IMG/VR virus record: IMGVR_UViG_3300037455_000857
DNA from: an uncultured virus (IMG/VR IMGVR_UViG_3300037455_000857)
Lineage: Duplodnaviria; Heunggongvirae; Uroviricota; Caudoviricetes
Length of the DNA: 20,000 nt
Reading direction: 5' to 3' (one strand)
A program made the translations under genes and the position numbers. Below, one piece after another: positions 17,051-20,000 of this stretch; the stretch's first letter is position 1; each line of letters starts with the position of its first letter. The notes under the pieces are model-generated. The model ran no database searches. It saw only the letters and a program-made list of their open reading frames with translations, and was not told the origin of the DNA.

Positions 17051-17080
17051 AAAAAGAAAAGCACCCGATTTGGGTGCTTT
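17051..17080 (-). terminator. Intrinsic terminator for the leftward S1/KTSC/gp26/gp51-like operon
   Basis: AAAGCACCC-GATTT-GGGTGCTTT hairpin with a U-tract on the minus strand, 3 bp past the stop at 17084. A second hairpin, ATTCCGCA-AATG-TGCGGAAT, lies at 17028-17047. Confidence 0.8.
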
Positions 17081-17083
17081 CCG

Positions 17084-17317
17084 TTATAGTTTCGGTATGT
17101 TGATTTTCGGCATACTCGGCATTTTTATATGGCTTTGGGCTTGTTTCATCATACTGTTTCCCATCTTCATCGGGTCGCTCATACCCGAAGCCTCTTGCTG
17201 TTTTTCCTGCTCTTCCTTTCTCTCTTTCAGTATCTTCTCGTATTCCTCCAACGAAATCTCGTATTCCCAATACTGCATATTGTCGAGTTCGGAAGGCTGG
17301 ATATGCCATTGCTCCAT
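17084..17317 (-). CDS. gp51-like baseplate/tail assembly chaperone (start uncertain; the frame is open to 17410 and may be entered by a frameshift)
   Basis: LTNFLRSRVLLMEQWHIQPSELDNMQYWEYEI resembles T4-like cyanophage gp51 (NFALMQHHKYSLTEIENM.PWER.IY) and is followed by a coiled-coil stretch. Confidence 0.6.
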   Translation of the reverse strand: MEQWHIQPSELDNMQYWEYEISLEEYEKILKERKEEQEKQQEASGMSDPMKMGNSMMKQAQSHIKMPSMPKINIPKL

Positions 17318-17327
17318 CAACAGAACC

Positions 17328-18401
17328 CTACTCCTCAAGAAGTTCGTCAAATCTATCTGAAATAGTCGGAACAAATAGAGACTTGAATCCTCCTCTTGTT
17401 TCAGTTCCATCGTCCGATACGCTTTGAAACATAACGGGTACTTCCATATCCCCTCCGCAAGACTCGCAAGTGACGTGAATGTTCGGACTCATTCCGACAG
17501 TCGCGTTCATTTTTTCGACAAATCTGTAAATGAGCGTATATTTGGTCGTGTCCCAATTCTCGAACTCGGTAGCCAAGTTGAAAATGTCCTTGTCCTTGAA
17601 TTGTCGCCATTCGCGTCTGAAGAACGGAATCATCTGAACAAGCGACTGGTCCCATTCCTTTTGGTTCTGCGTTCTCTTGACAGCCCAATCCCTAACGATT
17701 GTTGTCACGCCGATTGTGGGCGGAGCGATTTGGATAACGCCGTAGCGTTTCGTGCGTATGCTGTAGCATCTGTTTTCCTCATCGTAGTATTTCTCCAACT
17801 GCGGGTCGGGTTCGGGACGCTCAAGCATATCGGCGGTCAAGCGCACCTCTTTCTGCGGGTGACAGCCTGGGGTCTTGCACGCTCCATCGGGAATCGGGAT
17901 ATTGATGACAGTTTCGCCGTTCTTGAACGTGAGTTCTTGGATTTTCTTGATGAGGTAGAAACGGTCGTGTTCCAAGAGGTCTTTGTAGGAGCCAGGCATT
18001 GAGCCGAACATAACCCTCACGCATTGGGAGAGCATATAGTTCATTTTGTCAATGATGTCGTTTGGGTTGCTTTCGTCCATCATAGAGTATTCGCGGATTT
18101 CACCCACGCGGCAGGCGCGGATATGAACCTCGAAGTCCTCTCGATAGAACCTGCCCCTTGACGGGAAGCCTTCGAGCGGCAGGTGGATGTAGTTCACGAG
18201 TTGGTTCATCTTGATGACCTGCGGGTCGTTGTTGATTTCCTCGCGGCTCATAGGCTTGTTGATTCCCATAGGGTTTTCGACCCTGCCCAAGTCGCGCACA
18301 ACATCCCTTTCGCCCTGCTTCTGTTCCAAGGCGTTGTCGTTTGGGGTTTCCCCTCCGAATTCACGAATCAAATCTTCTTCGTATTGTTTTGTGTTTTCCA
18401 T
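17328..18401 (-). CDS. gp26-like baseplate hub / tail assembly chaperone protein
   Basis: LPLEGFPSRGRFY, DLLEHDRFYLIKKIQELTF, CKTPGC, and a C-terminal VTCESCG...GGFKSLF zinc-finger-like end typical of T4-like gp26 homologues. Confidence 0.65.
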   Translation of the reverse strand: MENTKQYEEDLIREFGGETPNDNALEQKQGERDVVRDLGRVENPMGINKPMSREEINNDPQVIKMNQLVNYIHLPLEGFPSRGRFYREDFEVHIRACRVGEIREYSMMDESNPNDIIDKMNYMLSQCVRVMFGSMPGSYKDLLEHDRFYLIKKIQELTFKNGETVINIPIPDGACKTPGCHPQKEVRLTADMLERPEPDPQLEKYYDEENRCYSIRTKRYGVIQIAPPTIGVTTIVRDWAVKRTQNQKEWDQSLVQMIPFFRREWRQFKDKDIFNLATEFENWDTTKYTLIYRFVEKMNATVGMSPNIHVTCESCGGDMEVPVMFQSVSDDGTETRGGFKSLFVPTISDRFDELLEE

Positions 18402-18419
18402 ATAAGTTTTCGGTTAATG

Positions 18420-18629
18420 TTAAACTAATTCTAATTTCTTGTAATTGCTTTCGAGGCTCTCCATAAGATAGTCGGAGACGTTCTTGCCGTTTTGCAATAT
18501 GCCCTCGTAGATGTCCTTCGGGACGTTGAGGTATTTGCAGACATTGCCGTTATTGTATTTTATCGTGAGTTCCTTTGTGACTTCCGAATACACAATGCTC
18601 TTTATGGTGTTCGCTGTTTCGACTAACAT
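18420..18629 (-). CDS. KTSC-domain protein
   Basis: IKSIVYSEVTKELTIKYNNGNVCKYLNVPKDIYEGIL matches the KTSC pattern; 69 aa. Confidence 0.8.
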   Translation of the reverse strand: MLVETANTIKSIVYSEVTKELTIKYNNGNVCKYLNVPKDIYEGILQNGKNVSDYLMESLESNYKKLELV

Positions 18630-19765
18630 AATGAAAGTTTTATTTTACGTGCCTCTATGTCGATGTAATTGATTTTGACCTTAACGTGGTCGCCAATCTT
18701 GATTGTGTTGTTCAGCGGCAGAGTGCCGATGACATTGTAGGTGAGTTGGACAAGCATAAAGTTCTTTGTTGTGCTTATCACGCTGCCGTCAAGGATTGTG
18801 TTCTGTTTGAACTCCTTTGCGATTTTGGTGTTCCACAGTTCCTTGGTGTACCAATTCTGCGTGAGCATAAACTGACCGTTCTGCTCGAAGTCAACGAAAA
18901 ATTTGATTGGGGTTTTTTCCACCTCGATTTCGTTGTTGTTGAACATACTGCGGGTTTCCTCGTCCATATCGGAATAGAGCAGTTTACCCGCGAGGCTTCC
19001 GTTGAACACAACAAGAACGTAGTCGTGTTTCTTCATCGTGATAACGCCCTCGTATTCCGTGCTTCTGTCCTCGTCCATAACGGTCTTGATTGCGGCGGGT
19101 CTGATGATGTCAAGGAACGCCGTGTGCGACACGACAACCATATCCCTGCTTCTGTTGTACATCGTTGGGATGACCATTCGCTCCTCGCCGAGTATGGAGG
19201 CATAGTCGTTGAGGCGGTAGAACGAAGCCGTAGAGCCTGGCAGGAAGCACCTAACTCCTTGTATGCTGACATAGTAGCCGCCGTTGACGCATTCCTCGAT
19301 TTTAGCCGCGTATGCGTGCGATGTGTCGTGTGACAGAGCGGCTGCGATGAGTTCGGATTTGGCGGAGAGTTTGAGGGAATCCTTGATTGAGATGTTGATT
19401 CCGTTATTCATATTGGCTGCGACCGAAATCTTGTACTTGACACCCTCGTCAAATGTGTTGACAACTTCCTCCGACTCTTCCTCGACCGACATTTGGTAGT
19501 CGTATTTCTTGTTGAGTTGGATATTCAGTTTGCCGTCTTTCTTCTCGACAATGGTGTTGTCAATTAGCCTGCTCTGCTTCGAGGTCTCGAATTCCGTGAT
19601 GTTTTCAAGGTCAGAGCCTCCGAGTGTCGCTCGGTAGCGGTTGATGCATTCCAATACGTAAGGTTCTCGTGAGATGATTTTTTCGCCGTTCTCGCACGGC
19701 ACATTGATAATTTGTTCGTCAAGCGGATTGTCCGCGTTGTGTACTTTTACTTTTTGAATAATCAT
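18623..19765 (-). CDS. Ribosomal protein S1-like protein (multiple S1/OB RNA-binding domains)
   Basis: GGYYVSIQGVRCFLPGS...VVVSH resembles bS1 domain 2. C-terminal S1-type repeats (ILDGSVIS...IKIGDHVKVKINYIDIEARKIKLSL). Confidence 0.75.
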   Translation of the reverse strand: MIIQKVKVHNADNPLDEQIINVPCENGEKIISREPYVLECINRYRATLGGSDLENITEFETSKQSRLIDNTIVEKKDGKLNIQLNKKYDYQMSVEEESEEVVNTFDEGVKYKISVAANMNNGINISIKDSLKLSAKSELIAAALSHDTSHAYAAKIEECVNGGYYVSIQGVRCFLPGSTASFYRLNDYASILGEERMVIPTMYNRSRDMVVVSHTAFLDIIRPAAIKTVMDEDRSTEYEGVITMKKHDYVLVVFNGSLAGKLLYSDMDEETRSMFNNNEIEVEKTPIKFFVDFEQNGQFMLTQNWYTKELWNTKIAKEFKQNTILDGSVISTTKNFMLVQLTYNVIGTLPLNNTIKIGDHVKVKINYIDIEARKIKLSLC

Positions 19766-19817
19766 CAATTTAAGTTTTAAGTGGGTTAGTAATAAATTTT
19801 ATTGTCCTATTTTTATT

Positions 19818-19829
19818 TATTTATACGAG
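19818..19829 (-). promoter_or_regulatory. Late-type box CTCGTATAAATA (leftward, upstream of the S1-like gene)
   Basis: tatttatacgag on the + strand. Confidence 0.6.
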
Positions 19830-19859
19830 CGGTTTTCGGTGATTTTTTGACGAAACGAA

Positions 19860-19871
19860 CTCGTATAAATA
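19860..19871 (+). promoter_or_regulatory. Late-type box CTCGTATAAATA (rightward)
   Basis: Exact inverted copy of 19818-19829, 47 bp upstream of the ATG at 19919. Confidence 0.65.
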
Positions 19872-19918
19872 ATATAGGCGCAAGGAAACTTGTTCCACTG
19901 AAAAATATTGAAAACATT

Positions 19919-20000
19919 ATGGCATTACCACATTATAGTAATTCTATAGCAAGTACACAGCACTACGAACCCGTCTATAAGGCGTTGTTTGAGGTCACTA
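19919..20000 (+). CDS. 5' end of a gene, possibly a tail tube protein (MALPHYSNSIASTQHYEPVYKALFEVT...)
   Basis: Open frame to the window edge, downstream of a late box. The N-terminus LPHY...EPVY...FEV resembles jumbo-myophage tail tube proteins from memory; only 27 codons are visible. Confidence 0.55.
   Translation, partial: MALPHYSNSIASTQHYEPVYKALFEVT

Noticed and set aside
4129..19499. Many opposite-strand or alternative-frame ORFs (e.g. 4129..4746, 7051..7653, 12499..12951, 17424..18002, 18686..19333)
   Set aside because: They are shadow ORFs lying fully over well-supported genes, with no recognisable motifs.

Overview
This window is a gene-dense segment of a large T4-like (jumbo-type) myophage genome in the standard genetic code. 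Leaders are A/T-rich with no obvious Shine-Dalgarno sequence, which suggests a Bacteroidota/Fibrobacterota-type host (inference). It contains a gp23-like major capsid protein gene (11497-13293), five T4-late-type TATAAATA boxes arranged largely as divergent pairs, and intrinsic terminators. It also has a putative DNA-modifying glycosyltransferase and its partner gene, a gp26/gp51-like tail/baseplate chaperone pair with an overlapping +1 frame, a KTSC-domain gene, a ribosomal protein S1-like gene, and the start of a possible tail-tube gene. The main feature is an array of 14 complete genes plus 1 partial gene flanking the capsid gene on both sides. They share a leader, MKILNTxQFNE-KLNIQP(I/M)SKERL. 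The core of this motif ([hydrophobic]-x-E-KL(N/D)IxP) occurs 23 times in the complete genes, both N-terminally and internally, and each copy precedes exactly one payload domain. The payloads are 16 copies of a roughly 130-aa 'xxTGD(I/V)' domain, 2 FISUMP-like domains, 2 LRR-like solenoids, 2 copies of another unknown domain, and 1 unique domain. The leader resembles the T4 internal-protein capsid-targeting sequence (MKTYQEFIAE) and the gp21 prohead-protease cleavage consensus. My hypothesis is a modular system of capsid-packaged, protease-processed polyprotein cargo.
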